Shown: positions 9,398-19,265 of the stretch, in pieces
Numbering within the stretch: position 1 is the stretch's first letter
Layout of the letters: each line of letters starts with the position of its first letter
Assembly: GCA_964427915.1 (NCBI GenBank)
Contig: CAYRWA010000061.1
Span: 2,978 to 66,977 of the forward strand
Direction: 5' to 3'
Length of the DNA: 64,000 nucleotides
Origin: an uncultured Caldisericota bacterium
GTDB taxonomy: Bacteria; Caldisericota; Caldisericia; UBA6126
Notes under the pieces: generated by a model
Seen by the model: the letters and a program-made list of their open reading frames with translations, nothing else
The model's database searches: none
Told to the model about the DNA's origin: nothing
Program-made: the position numbers and the translations under genes

Positions 9398-10330
9398 CTA
9401 GTGTTCTGAATCAGTCACTTTTTTTAGAATATAAAAGTTTCGTTGAGTTTCCTTCTGATGACAGAATTCTTCAATTTGATAAGAATGGTGAAAATAGTTT
9501 TGGAATACTTGTCTTGATTTTAATCTCCACTCCATTGCTAAAGAGGGTTCTCTTTCTTGTATATCATAATAATTGGTTGGTATTTCAAAACGCAAAATTG
9601 GGGATTGATAGTCATATTGAATGGTGGCTATTTTTTGTATAAGGTTGGGTTTTTCTTCAAAACCCAATCCGTTCTGGTTTCCTGCAACTTCTATTCGTAA
9701 CGTCGGATTGATAAGTGGTATCTGATCAATTTCATCCCGCAAGGAACAATAAGGGTTCTCCATCCTTCGTTTTACTTCCTCAGAGAGTAAATCCCAACAA
9801 ACTTCGAAGCGGTCTTCCGGGACTGTTTTTTTTGGACGTTTCTTAGGAAGACCACTTGTTGTGCCCGATGTTTTATACTGATCTGGTAAGTATTGGACAA
9901 TACGCGCACCTAGTTTTCGTATGTTAATATTGGCATTGACACCTTTTAAAGGATCATATGTCCATACAATGTATCGGATTCCCATCGATAAAGCGAGAGA
10001 ATATTGCAATTTCTTTACATAATAACCAAGATGTTTTCTTTGATATGCAGGGTAAAACCCCATAGAGTCTGCAAATAGGTAAACACCTAAAGAAGGAGAC
10101 ACACACGGAAAAGCAAAGTTATACCCAACCAGTTGAGTTTCATCAAAACAACCCAGAACTAGACCTCCTCTAGAACCTACTAACTTCATATAGTAAGAAG
10201 GAATCAGTCCCACTTTGTAAAATTCTGGTAATCTGGATTGAATCGTAAAAGCAGCATCGTATTCTTCTTCACTGAGAAGTTTTCGTATCGTTATTTGTGT
10301 AGATGGTATGCGGAGAATTTGTTCTTTCAT
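9398..10330 (-). CDS. GNAT-superfamily-like protein (COG3375-type predicted acetyltransferase)
   Basis: WTYDPLKGVNANINIRKLGARIVQY resembles the conserved block of the predicted-GNAT COG3375 family (from memory, not searched). The ORF-track TTG start at 10354 lies inside the htrA terminator T-run, so I prefer the ATG at 10330. Confidence 0.45.
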   Translation of the reverse strand: MKEQILRIPSTQITIRKLLSEEEYDAAFTIQSRLPEFYKVGLIPSYYMKLVGSRGGLVLGCFDETQLVGYNFAFPCVSPSLGVYLFADSMGFYPAYQRKHLGYYVKKLQYSLALSMGIRYIVWTYDPLKGVNANINIRKLGARIVQYLPDQYKTSGTTSGLPKKRPKKTVPEDRFEVCWDLLSEEVKRRMENPYCSLRDEIDQIPLINPTLRIEVAGNQNGLGFEEKPNLIQKIATIQYDYQSPILRFEIPTNYYDIQEREPSLAMEWRLKSRQVFQNYFHHSYQIEEFCHQKETQRNFYILKKVTDSEH

Positions 10331-10336
10331 AAGAAT

Positions 10337-10342
10337 AGTATA
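10337..10342 (-). promoter_or_regulatory. Putative -10 box (TATACT) 6 nt upstream of the ATG at 10330: leaderless-type promoter
   Basis: The minus strand reads gggTATACTattcttATG, with no SD. Confidence 0.35.
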
Positions 10343-10351
10343 CCCATTCAA

Positions 10352-10391
10352 CAAAAAAAGCGCACTTACAAACAGCTATAAAGTGCGCTTT
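10352..10391 (-). terminator. Rho-independent terminator of htrA
   Basis: On the minus strand, AAAGCGCACTT-(13 nt)-AAGTGCGCTTT is followed by TTTTTTT. Confidence 0.7.
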
Positions 10392-10424
10392 ATCGTTTTC
10401 ATTGTGAAAACAGAAGGAAGTGTT

Positions 10425-11705
10425 TTATTTCTTTAGCTCTTCTAGGATCGTTTTGATCTTCATTTCTTTGCCGTCTCTATTGATGATAAGTTCTACCTCA
10501 TCACCAGGATTTTTTGATCGAATATAGGTGATCAGCTCCTGTGGTGAATGGAACGTTCGATCATCAATACCAACAATAACATCTTGTTTCAAAACACCCG
10601 CCTGTCTTGCGTTTCCAGCTGGTACTTCTACGACAATTACACCGGTATTCACTGGGAGCTTAAGAGAAGCGGCAATTTCATCATTGTTCTCCGTAATGAC
10701 AACCCCCAGAGAAGCCCAAGAAACAGTACCATATTTCTGTAAATCGGTGATTACTTTTTTAACCGTATTGGAGTCAATTGCGAATCCTAACCCCTGACCT
10801 TGTGCATCAATTAAAAAGTTTACTCCAATTACTTTCCCCCCTAAATCAACCAATGGTCCACCGCTGTTGCCAGGATTGATAGCTGCATCAGTTTGTACGA
10901 TGCCTACCATAGGGATATTGGCAGTAGGTTTGCTGGACTGTTGTTGTGGGATATTGAAATCAAAATAATCCTCAAATCCATCAAAAGGGGTTCCTTTAAA
11001 TGGATTTGTTGGAGGAGAAGAGGAGGTTTCAGGAATACTTATTTCTCTCTGAATAGCCGATACAACACCTTTCGTTACAGTATATTCATAGCCATAAGGA
11101 TTACCTATCGCAATAACCGTCTCTCCAACGCGAACGTTTTCGGATTTTTCAAATTCTAAAAAGGGTAGCCCGGAAGCATCAATTTGAATCAGTGCAATAT
11201 CGGATATTGGATCTGTTCCAATTAATTGAGCTTCATTTTTTTCACCGCTCTTTCTCTCAACAAGGATTTTGTGAGAACCGTCTACAACATGATTGTTAGT
11301 GACAATATATCCATCTTCACTAACAATAAATCCGGATCCGGAACCAGCTTGTTGCCATCCATACCGTGTTTGAGCTAATACTTCAATTTTCACTACAGAC
11401 TGGCTAACAGAAGCAGCAACGGTGACTATTGGGTCATTCGAAATCATACTTTCATCTGCATTAGAAGAATCTGTTGATTGGGAAGATGAATTGGTTTTTT
11501 GATCTCGAGAATCTTGATATGCCATCTTAAAAGGGCTTTCAGGGAGTATAGAAGGGTTCCCGGCAATCCAATAAATGGATAGAAAGCTTCCTAGCATTCC
11601 ACCAATGATGAATAGAATAATACCGACAACGATACCTCCTATTCGTTTTTTTGAAAGCAATGTTTCCTGTTGATTATCATAACGATGTTGTGTATTTTCA
11701 GACAT
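10425..11705 (-). CDS. htrA: HtrA/DegP-family trypsin-like serine protease with PDZ domain
   Basis: N-terminal TM anchor. Catalytic blocks VTNNHVV, DIALIQI and GNSGGPLVDLGGKVIGVN. C-terminal PDZ-like region (GVIVVEVPAGNARQAGVLKQDVIVGIDD). GGAGG RBS. Confidence 0.85.
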   Translation of the reverse strand: MSENTQHRYDNQQETLLSKKRIGGIVVGIILFIIGGMLGSFLSIYWIAGNPSILPESPFKMAYQDSRDQKTNSSSQSTDSSNADESMISNDPIVTVAASVSQSVVKIEVLAQTRYGWQQAGSGSGFIVSEDGYIVTNNHVVDGSHKILVERKSGEKNEAQLIGTDPISDIALIQIDASGLPFLEFEKSENVRVGETVIAIGNPYGYEYTVTKGVVSAIQREISIPETSSSPPTNPFKGTPFDGFEDYFDFNIPQQQSSKPTANIPMVGIVQTDAAINPGNSGGPLVDLGGKVIGVNFLIDAQGQGLGFAIDSNTVKKVITDLQKYGTVSWASLGVVITENNDEIAASLKLPVNTGVIVVEVPAGNARQAGVLKQDVIVGIDDRTFHSPQELITYIRSKNPGDEVELIINRDGKEMKIKTILEELKK

Positions 11706-11902
11706 TTTGTGTCCTCCTTACAAATTCAGCTACATACATATATTATATATTCCCATAATCGAAGAAAGTTACAGAAAAAAGTTCTGTAGCATGGGTGAAA
11801 AACTTACAATAGAATAAGCTTATTCAAAATAATCATCGAATGATTCCATAAAAAAGGTAACAGATTCCAAAGAGCAACTTTTAAAGATTTTTTATTTTTC
11901 TA

Positions 11903-11908
11903 TATACT
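11903..11908 (+). promoter_or_regulatory. Putative -10 box (TATACT) 6 nt upstream of the ATG at 11915: leaderless-type promoter
   Basis: tatTATACTgtatatATG, with no SD. Confidence 0.35.
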
Positions 11909-11914
11909 GTATAT

Positions 11915-12925
11915 ATGAACGTTTTTTGGAATCACTTCACCAATGATAATGATATGGATAGGATTGCCTTCTTAGTGCGCAAACAGGTAGAAGGTGATCG
12001 CCAGACCTCACGCTTATTTGGGAAAAAAGTAGGATTTCTTCTTCACCTAGGATCTCTTCCTTCCGACATAGAACTCCGTCACATAGATATTCTGTTGAAA
12101 ATCCTATCAGATTACTTTGCAAAGTCGAACCTTTTTCTTCTTTCTGATGTTTTTTTCCCTACCTCTCATGCGATTTTCAAAAATTATGTCCAAGATACTA
12201 GATACATGCAACATGAACACTTTCAAATCCTACCAAAGCGACGTTCTTCGTTGCAGGTAAGCTTCTTTGGTGGCGTAAAAACATCGTCCTACTTACGCGA
12301 AAAATACCTTGCAAACAGTATTGCTAACGCCGACTACCTGATCTCTATTGCTTTGCTTGCTGAAGATCCAATATTTACAATTCACGCAAGCACCTCTTCT
12401 TATTTTTGGTTGCTTCCTTCCTATTCAAAAAACGAGATTTTAATACAGGAAAATCTGCAACAACGTTGTTTAAGTCTTCTTGAAGCAATCAGCCCTATTC
12501 ATGCAAAAAACCACTGTTCTATAAATGTATACAGTGCATTAGAAAAGTCCTTTATGGTTCTTTCCCCAAATTCTATTTCTGCAGATGCTGTAGCCAGTAC
12601 CTTGTGTGGAATTCCACCAGCAAAGAACAAATTGCTTGGCAATGCCGACAAGAAAGGGTTTGGCAATTCTGTTTTATCACACATGACCATTTATGGTGAT
12701 CCAATCAAACAACCCCTTGTAAAATTCCCGTTTTTCGGAGATACCTACTCTCTAGGAATTCGCAAAGATCAATGCAATCTTTGCGAGGATTGTTCTGTTT
12801 TTTGTCCATTGAACGCGATGTATGTTTCTAATCAACATCTGTTTTGGGACGCAGAAAAATGCAACCGTTGCGGATATTGCCTTTCAATTTGTCCCCAATC
12901 AGCTCTTTTCAAGAGGAGGAAATGA
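11915..12925 (+). CDS. Fe-S protein: uncharacterised N-terminal domain (possibly DUF362-like) plus C-terminal 2x[4Fe-4S] ferredoxin domain
   Basis: C-terminal CNLCEDCSVFCP and CNRCGYCLSICP motifs. The N-terminal 270 aa have no motif I can name with confidence. The stop overlaps the buk start. Confidence 0.55.
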   Translation: MNVFWNHFTNDNDMDRIAFLVRKQVEGDRQTSRLFGKKVGFLLHLGSLPSDIELRHIDILLKILSDYFAKSNLFLLSDVFFPTSHAIFKNYVQDTRYMQHEHFQILPKRRSSLQVSFFGGVKTSSYLREKYLANSIANADYLISIALLAEDPIFTIHASTSSYFWLLPSYSKNEILIQENLQQRCLSLLEAISPIHAKNHCSINVYSALEKSFMVLSPNSISADAVASTLCGIPPAKNKLLGNADKKGFGNSVLSHMTIYGDPIKQPLVKFPFFGDTYSLGIRKDQCNLCEDCSVFCPLNAMYVSNQHLFWDAEKCNRCGYCLSICPQSALFKRRK

Positions 12926-14016
12926 TGTCACAAAAAATTCTTGTTATTAACCCTGGCTCAACATCCACAAAAGTTTCTCTTTATGACGGATCAACAGAGA
13001 TTTATTTTCAAGAAATTTCTCATTCCAAAAACGACTTAGATGCGTTCAAAAGTGTCTATGATCAAGAAAACTTCCGGGAAAACTCTATTTTAGAAGCGCT
13101 ATCAAAAGAAAATCATTGTCTACAAGATCTTTCTGCTGTGGTCGGTAGAGGAGGGATGTTAGGCCCCATGAAGGCTGGCACCTACAGGGTAAATGATGAT
13201 ATGATTAGAACCGTTCAAAACGTACAGTTCGGACAACATGCATCCAATTTGGGTTGCGTACTGGCATTGAAAATTGCCAAACCGCTTGGAATCCCTGCAT
13301 ATGTTGTAGATCCTGTTTCTGTAGATGAATTTCAAGAAGAATCCTATATGACAGGTATTAAAGATCTCTTCCACAAATCCCTTGACCATCCCTTAAACTG
13401 TCGCGCTACAATGCGTCACTACTGCGAAGAAACGGGAAAAGCCTTTAACGATACTTCTTGCATTGTTGTTCATCTAGGTGGAGGAATATCAGTGTCCTGC
13501 ATTAAAAAAGGTCGTATTATCGATGTCAACAATGCCATGGAGTCAGGCCCCTTTTCTGCAAATCGAGCAGGAACTTTACCCGCTATCGATGTTGTGAATA
13601 TGTGCTACAGTGGAGACTACGATAAAAAGAATGTGTACAAAAAGTTGATCAAAGAAGCAGGCCTTATTTCGTATTTGGGGACAAATGACCTCCGTGACGT
13701 CCTATCTATGAGAAAAAGCAACGACTCCAAAGCAATAGTAGTTTTTAATGCCCTGATCTACCAAATTGCTAAAGAAATTGGAGCAATGTCCGCTGCTATG
13801 GCTATTCGTCCCGATGCAATACTGATTACCGGAGGAATGGCCCATAGCATCGATATGATTGAAGGAATCAAAAACTATGTTTCCTTTATTGCCCCTATTC
13901 ATGTCTATCCAGGGAGTGATGAAATGAAAGCTCTGGCAGAAGGCGTCCTACGAATACTTCAAAACGAAGAACAAGAGCTATCATATCCACCCTGTCAATC
14001 TCATCAATCAGTATAA
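12922..14016 (+). CDS. buk: Butyrate (short/branched-chain acyl) kinase, copy 1
   Basis: KILVINPGSTSTKV N-terminus, HASNLG, VVHLGGGISV and ITGGMAH blocks of the acetate/butyrate kinase (ASKHA) family. AGGAGGA at 12914-12920 supports the ATG at 12922 rather than the ORF-track 12844. Confidence 0.85.
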   Translation: MMSQKILVINPGSTSTKVSLYDGSTEIYFQEISHSKNDLDAFKSVYDQENFRENSILEALSKENHCLQDLSAVVGRGGMLGPMKAGTYRVNDDMIRTVQNVQFGQHASNLGCVLALKIAKPLGIPAYVVDPVSVDEFQEESYMTGIKDLFHKSLDHPLNCRATMRHYCEETGKAFNDTSCIVVHLGGGISVSCIKKGRIIDVNNAMESGPFSANRAGTLPAIDVVNMCYSGDYDKKNVYKKLIKEAGLISYLGTNDLRDVLSMRKSNDSKAIVVFNALIYQIAKEIGAMSAAMAIRPDAILITGGMAHSIDMIEGIKNYVSFIAPIHVYPGSDEMKALAEGVLRILQNEEQELSYPPCQSHQSV

Positions 14017-14042
14017 ATTATTAACATTTCAAGGAGGGAACC

Positions 14043-14957
14043 GTGATTCATACATTTCAAGAAGCAAAAAAACGCGCCCTAGAGCTTACACCTGCAAAGA
14101 TGGCTGTTGTTGCAGCCGGAGATAGTGCAGTTTTAGATGCCGTCTTTCAAGCCAGCAAAGATGGGTTTATTCAACCGATCTTGATTGACACACCTGAAGC
14201 CATAAAAAAAGCCTCTAATGGACGTTATCCGCTGGATCAGGTTGAAATTATTCCCATACAGTCGTTCATCGAGCAGTGCCAAAAGGGCCTTGAACTAGTG
14301 AACAACGGCGCTGCTGACATTTTAATGAAGGGCTTGATTCCAACCCCCATTTTATTTAAAGAGATATTGAACAAAGAATATGGGATCCGCAAAGGAAAAA
14401 TTCTGTCTCATGTAGGTGTAATAAAAAGCCCTGTTTATCACAAAATGATATTAATGACGGATGGAGGAATTTGTATTGCTCCATCACTAGAAGATAAAAT
14501 TGAAATCTTGAAGAACGCTTTGGAAGTATCAAAAGGACTCGAAATCGAGTGTCCTAAAGTGGCTGCCATATCTGCAGTGGAAACTGTTTCCTTAAAGATG
14601 CAGTCAACGATTGATGCCTCCATATTAACAATCATGAACCGTAGAAGACAAATCCCAGGATGCATTATTGAAGGACCCTTGGCAATTGACAATGCCGTCT
14701 CTGCAGAAGCTGCTGAACATAAAGGCATTCATTCAGAAATCTGTGGGGATGTCGATATTACTTTAATGCCCAACATTGAATCAGGTAACATTTTTTACAA
14801 GGTTTTGGTGTATTTGGGCGGTGGTAAAACTGAATCTGCTGGCGTAACAGTAGGCGCAAAAGTACCCATTGTTGTTCCCTCCAGAGCGGATACTCCCGAG
14901 AATAAATACAATGCAATTCTTATTGCTGCCTTGATGAGTGCTGCAAAAAAGGCATGA
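14043..14957 (+). CDS. ptb: Phosphate butyryltransferase
   Basis: GTG start after AAGGAGGG. About 300 aa. KMAVVAAGDSAVLDAV, DILMKG and SRADTPENKYN blocks typical of Ptb/Pta-type phosphotransacylases. Flanked by buk genes. Confidence 0.8.
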   Translation: MIHTFQEAKKRALELTPAKMAVVAAGDSAVLDAVFQASKDGFIQPILIDTPEAIKKASNGRYPLDQVEIIPIQSFIEQCQKGLELVNNGAADILMKGLIPTPILFKEILNKEYGIRKGKILSHVGVIKSPVYHKMILMTDGGICIAPSLEDKIEILKNALEVSKGLEIECPKVAAISAVETVSLKMQSTIDASILTIMNRRRQIPGCIIEGPLAIDNAVSAEAAEHKGIHSEICGDVDITLMPNIESGNIFYKVLVYLGGGKTESAGVTVGAKVPIVVPSRADTPENKYNAILIAALMSAAKKA

Positions 14958-15003
14958 AACAGTTCAACTATCCATTCGTATACAAAAAGAAAGAGGGCCT
15001 AGA

Positions 15004-16083
15004 ATGAAAGATGCATTGATATTAGTTATTAATCCTGGTTCAACGTCTACAAAAATAGCCATTTTTCGAAATGAAATCAATGAAATGCAGAAGAATATTA
15101 CGCATTCTTCTGAAGAGCTTCAACACTTTAAAACTCTCTTTGATCAGCTAGAATACCGCAAAGAAAAAATTATTGCCACGATTACCTCTGCAGGATACTC
15201 TTTAGAAGATATTACTGCCATAGCGTCTAGAGGTGGTGTTTTAAGACCTTTAACATCAGGGGTTTATCCTTTTTCAGACCAAATGATCGACGATCTTCGT
15301 ACAGGGCGCTACATGCTTCATGCGTCCAATCTTGGGGCAGTTATTGGGCAGCAATTATGTCAGCAATACAATATTCCAGGATTTATAGCAGACCCAGTTA
15401 CAGTAGACGAAATGGAAGATTTAGCCCGTATCTCGGGGTTGAATGGGATACAAAGAAAATCGATTTGGCACGCTCTGAATCAAAAACACGTTGCCCGAAA
15501 AGCTTCCAAAAAGCTACACAAACAATACGAAGAGGTCAACCTGATTGTGGTGCACATGGGGGGTGGTATCTCCATTGGCGTTCACGAAAAAGGTCGCTGC
15601 GTTGATGTAAACAATGCATTGAATGGAGAAGGCCCTTTTAGTTCTGAAAGAGCGGGAACTCTTCCGTCACTCGGTTTAGTTGATCTTTGTTTTTCTGGTC
15701 AATACACTCATGCTGAAATGAAGAAGCTCCTTGCAGGCCGTGGAGGAATGGTTTCTCACCTAGGTACAAACAATGCTAAAGAGGTGGAAGATCTATCCGA
15801 ACAAGGGGTAGAAGAACCTAGAAAAATCATGAATGCGATGATATATCAGTTAGCGAAAGAAATTGGAAGAGCTTCTGCAGTACTCAAAGGACAAGTAGAC
15901 AGTATTATTTTTACTGGGGGCATGGCATATTCTCCCGTTATTGTGAAACAACTAGAAGCACATTTAGGGTTTATTGGAGCCCCATTTGATGTGTATCCAG
16001 GTGAACATGAAATGGAAGCATTAGCTTCGAATATTCTTCAAGTATTGAAAGGTGAAATGAAGGCAAAATCGTATGAAGGATAG
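15004..16083 (+). CDS. buk: Butyrate (short/branched-chain acyl) kinase, copy 2
   Basis: LILVINPGSTSTKI, HASNLG, VVHMGGGISIG and FTGGMAY blocks. The ATG at 15004 gives the family-typical N-terminus. Confidence 0.85.
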   Translation: MKDALILVINPGSTSTKIAIFRNEINEMQKNITHSSEELQHFKTLFDQLEYRKEKIIATITSAGYSLEDITAIASRGGVLRPLTSGVYPFSDQMIDDLRTGRYMLHASNLGAVIGQQLCQQYNIPGFIADPVTVDEMEDLARISGLNGIQRKSIWHALNQKHVARKASKKLHKQYEEVNLIVVHMGGGISIGVHEKGRCVDVNNALNGEGPFSSERAGTLPSLGLVDLCFSGQYTHAEMKKLLAGRGGMVSHLGTNNAKEVEDLSEQGVEEPRKIMNAMIYQLAKEIGRASAVLKGQVDSIIFTGGMAYSPVIVKQLEAHLGFIGAPFDVYPGEHEMEALASNILQVLKGEMKAKSYEG

Positions 16084-16786
16084 TCAAACGTCTGCAAAGA
16101 ATATTTGGGTTTTCATTGGAAACATGGGTTCAGGCAAAAGTGAGATTTCAATCAATTTTGCTATCCACCGTAAAAAAGAACACCCCCAGCGTCCCGTTAA
16201 ACTGATTGACTTAGACATCATTAAGCCGTATATTCGCCTTCGGGATCGAGAAAAAGAAATAACAAATCAGGGGATTGATTTATTGCTCCCTGATAAATCA
16301 GTTCGAAATATGGATATGCCAATTGTTCCCTCCCACATATATGACTTTTTACGAACCGATTCTTATGACCTTATCATGGATGTCGGTGGAGAAGAGAACG
16401 GATGTACTACGATTGCACAATTTCAAGAAGTACTCTATGCATCCAACTTAGAAGTTTATCTTGTTATTAACACACTTCGTCCTTTCTCCAACACTGTCGA
16501 TCGCATAAAACACACTTTGCGTTCTCTAGAAGCACATTCACACCTTAAGGTAACCGGTTTAATCAGTAACACACACCTGCGATTCCAAACAGATGATGAA
16601 TCAATTTTAGAAGGCATCCAAAAAGTCGAACAAGTTTCCAAGGATACTTCTATTCCAATTGTTTGGACAACCATCTGGCATGAAATCATAACGGATCAGT
16701 TGCAACAAAAAATTCCCTACCCCATTCTACCCATCAAATTGTTTCTGACATTCCCCTGGGAAAAAACTTCCTCAGAAGGCTTATGA
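16073..16786 (+). CDS. P-loop NTPase (SIMIBI/MinD-CooC-like), function unknown
   Basis: Walker A GNMGSGKSE at residues about 16-24. Walker-B-like LIMDVGGEE. Overlaps the end of buk2 by 11 nt. Confidence 0.5.
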   Translation: MKDSQTSAKNIWVFIGNMGSGKSEISINFAIHRKKEHPQRPVKLIDLDIIKPYIRLRDREKEITNQGIDLLLPDKSVRNMDMPIVPSHIYDFLRTDSYDLIMDVGGEENGCTTIAQFQEVLYASNLEVYLVINTLRPFSNTVDRIKHTLRSLEAHSHLKVTGLISNTHLRFQTDDESILEGIQKVEQVSKDTSIPIVWTTIWHEIITDQLQQKIPYPILPIKLFLTFPWEKTSSEGL

Positions 16787-16870
16787 GAGGGTTTGCCTAA
16801 AAAACTAGTCAAAGAGAGATTTGCTTGATTTGAATTAGCAAAGAAAACTGGTACCATATTCATACTCTAC

Positions 16871-16943
16871 GTGCCCGTAGCTTAACGGATAAAGCGCCGG
16901 CCTCCGGAGCCGTAGACTGGAGGTTCGATTCCTCTCGGGCACA
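16871..16943 (+). tRNA. tRNA-Arg (anticodon CCG)
   Basis: Manual cloverleaf, 73 nt. Acceptor GTGCCCG/CGGGCAC. D-arm GCTT..AAGC. Anticodon stem CCGGC/GCCGT with loop CT-CCG-GA. T-arm GGAGG-TTCGATT-CCTCT. Discriminator A. Confidence 0.85.
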
Positions 16944-16978
16944 AGTTTTTATAGGGTAATACAGCCAATGAATGAAAT

Positions 16979-17854
16979 ATGAAACATCAATCAAACAAGA
17001 GACTTCTTCGTAAAGGACCTTTTATTGTTCTTGCATTGTTTGTATTGCTTATATTTATTGGTGGCCAAGTTCTTTTATTCTTACCTATCACAGAATATCA
17101 AACAACCACACTATTAAAATCCAAGATAGAGAATCATATTCAGCCTCTAAGTTTTATAGGGTTCCTTCCTGCCAAAACTCTACTCTCTTTACCTTTGAAA
17201 GAAATTATAGGAGAGTCATATCAGTTTAAAAAAATCGAACGACTGGGTCTTTTCAGATGGAAAATACAAATAACCGAACCAACCTCTGTTTTTTTCGTCT
17301 CAATCAACAATTATCTGTACCCTTGTGACCGCAATGGTACAATTTTAACAATTCCAAATGTGACAGGCTCTCTCGCACAAGGAAACGAAGATATTCTGTA
17401 TTCAATAACTATTGCACGCCCTCAAATCAAAGAATTTGATGAAAGCAATCCAGCTGTTTCTAGTTTTGATTTCACAGATATTTACAATATAGAAGTACAA
17501 CCTTTTATCGAATACATCGTTCAATCTTCAAGCCATCTTGGTCCTCAAATAAGCGATATTGTATATACCGTTGAAACTGGTATCGAATTTACGAAAAGCT
17601 CTACTGCTGGGCACTCAATTCAATGCATTTTTGGAAAAGAAAAATCCTATTCAAATTTGGAGAAAAAACTGAGTACCACAGAAAAATATTTAAAAAAACA
17701 AAATACATACAAAGAATTTAATTGCATTGATTTGCGATTTAGAAGACAAGCAGTTTGCTCAAATACGGAAAAACCCCCCTCGGAAGAACAAGAGAAGCTG
17801 TCATCAAAAGACGTTACCAAAGAGAAAGAAACAACTGACACACAAGAAGATTAA
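16979..17854 (+). CDS. Membrane-anchored FtsQ/DivIB-like protein (tentative)
   Basis: Single N-terminal TM (FIVLALFVLLIFIGGQVLLFL). The position immediately upstream of ftsZ, and the segment FRWKIQITEPTSVFFVSINNYLYPCDRNGTIL, resemble the POTRA/FtsQ pattern. The C-terminus is low-complexity. Confidence 0.4.
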   Translation: MKHQSNKRLLRKGPFIVLALFVLLIFIGGQVLLFLPITEYQTTTLLKSKIENHIQPLSFIGFLPAKTLLSLPLKEIIGESYQFKKIERLGLFRWKIQITEPTSVFFVSINNYLYPCDRNGTILTIPNVTGSLAQGNEDILYSITIARPQIKEFDESNPAVSSFDFTDIYNIEVQPFIEYIVQSSSHLGPQISDIVYTVETGIEFTKSSTAGHSIQCIFGKEKSYSNLEKKLSTTEKYLKKQNTYKEFNCIDLRFRRQAVCSNTEKPPSEEQEKLSSKDVTKEKETTDTQED

Positions 17855-18124
17855 CATGAAGAAGCATTGTCAATATAATCAAAATAGATTTTCCAAAATT
17901 TCTTACCTTACGTAGCATTTTGTTTCCATTTTTAAACCCAAATGTAAAACAAGAACCGTATGTCACTTTTTTTTTCATAAAAGTACAACTTTGTGTAGTA
18001 TAATCTTGACAAAAAACTTGATTTTTGAAGTTCCCTTCCTTATTATTAAATCATCAACGAATGAATTTGTAAAATAGTATATACGATCATAAACAATACA
18101 AGTTCCTTTGAAGGGAGGCAGTAG

Positions 18125-19228
18125 ATGTCAGAGAATTCTAGTGTAAACTCTTGGAAACGATATCCTAAAGTTGTTGTTGTAGGTATTGGTGGTGGAGGAA
18201 CAAATGCTGTTAATAGGATGGTTGGATACGGCCTAGATAAGGTTCATTTTATTGCGGTAAATACCGATGTACAAGCCCTCGACCATTCAGAAGCCCCCAT
18301 TAAACTCCAGATTGGTGCTCGCATTACTGATGGACTAGGTGCTGGAGCAAACCCTGAGCTAGGTGAAAAGTCAGCACAGGAAAATGAAGACGATATTCGA
18401 CAGCTGTATGAAGGTGCCGATATGGTTATCCTGACTGCTGGAATGGGAGGCGGTACCGGAACAGGTGCTATTCCAGTTTTTGCCAGAATTGCCCAAGATA
18501 TGGACATCCTTACTGTTTCCATTGTTACGAGGCCTTTTCTTTTTGAAGGAAAAAGAAGGATTGAATATGCTGATCAAGGCATTAAAAAACTGAAAGAGCA
18601 TGTGGATGCCATTGTAACAATCGACAATGAAAATCTTTTAACAATGGAAAAGAAGTCTGCCCCCATGGAAGAGTCGTTTGGGTTAGTAGATGAAGTGTTA
18701 CATCAATGCGTTCGAGGTATATCGGAACTTCTGTACGAAACAGGTTTTGTGAACGTAGACTTTAAGGATTTGCAAAAAGTTCTCAAAGATTCTGGAAAAG
18801 CTTATTTTGGAATTGGCTATGCCAAAGGAGATCAAAGAGCTATTGAAGCAGCCCAAAACGCGGTGAACAATAGGATGATTGACAAAGACGTTTTAGAATC
18901 TGCCAAATCTATCCTTATTAATCTTAGAGGATCCACAAAATTCTCGATGGAAGAAGCAATGAAAAGTGTGAATGAAATTACCTCCCTGGCCAAGAACAAT
19001 GGCTTAGATCCTGAAGTAATTTGGGGTGGAGGAAACTTCCGTAGCATTAAAGACGACGAAGTATATATCACCGTAATAGCAACCGGTATACCGGAAGACA
19101 TAAAACAACCCACCCCCAAAACAGTTGCAAAAAAAGCAACCTCCATACCTGTTACAGAAGATGCATATAATGATAGCAATGAAGAAGGTTTAGATATTCC
19201 TGATTTTTTACGCTCTCAAATGGGCTAA
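18125..19228 (+). CDS. ftsZ: Cell division GTPase FtsZ
   Basis: GIGGGGTNAVN, NTDVQAL and the tubulin signature GMGGGTGTGA. C-terminal DIPDFLR peptide. GGGAGG RBS. Confidence 0.95.
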   Translation: MSENSSVNSWKRYPKVVVVGIGGGGTNAVNRMVGYGLDKVHFIAVNTDVQALDHSEAPIKLQIGARITDGLGAGANPELGEKSAQENEDDIRQLYEGADMVILTAGMGGGTGTGAIPVFARIAQDMDILTVSIVTRPFLFEGKRRIEYADQGIKKLKEHVDAIVTIDNENLLTMEKKSAPMEESFGLVDEVLHQCVRGISELLYETGFVNVDFKDLQKVLKDSGKAYFGIGYAKGDQRAIEAAQNAVNNRMIDKDVLESAKSILINLRGSTKFSMEEAMKSVNEITSLAKNNGLDPEVIWGGGNFRSIKDDEVYITVIATGIPEDIKQPTPKTVAKKATSIPVTEDAYNDSNEEGLDIPDFLRSQMG

Positions 19229-19265
19229 AAAAAATGAATAGTACCCAGAAAGGTTTTCTAGAATT

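Noticed and set aside
12844-12921. N-terminal extensions suggested by the ORF track for many genes (12844, 14938, 20176, 21592, 24739, 32303, 35990, 39879, 42311, 43072, 44493, 51784, 54825, 6639, 10354).
   Set aside because: In each case a downstream start has a better RBS or -10 context and yields the family-typical N-terminus. The extensions overlap the preceding gene or a terminator.
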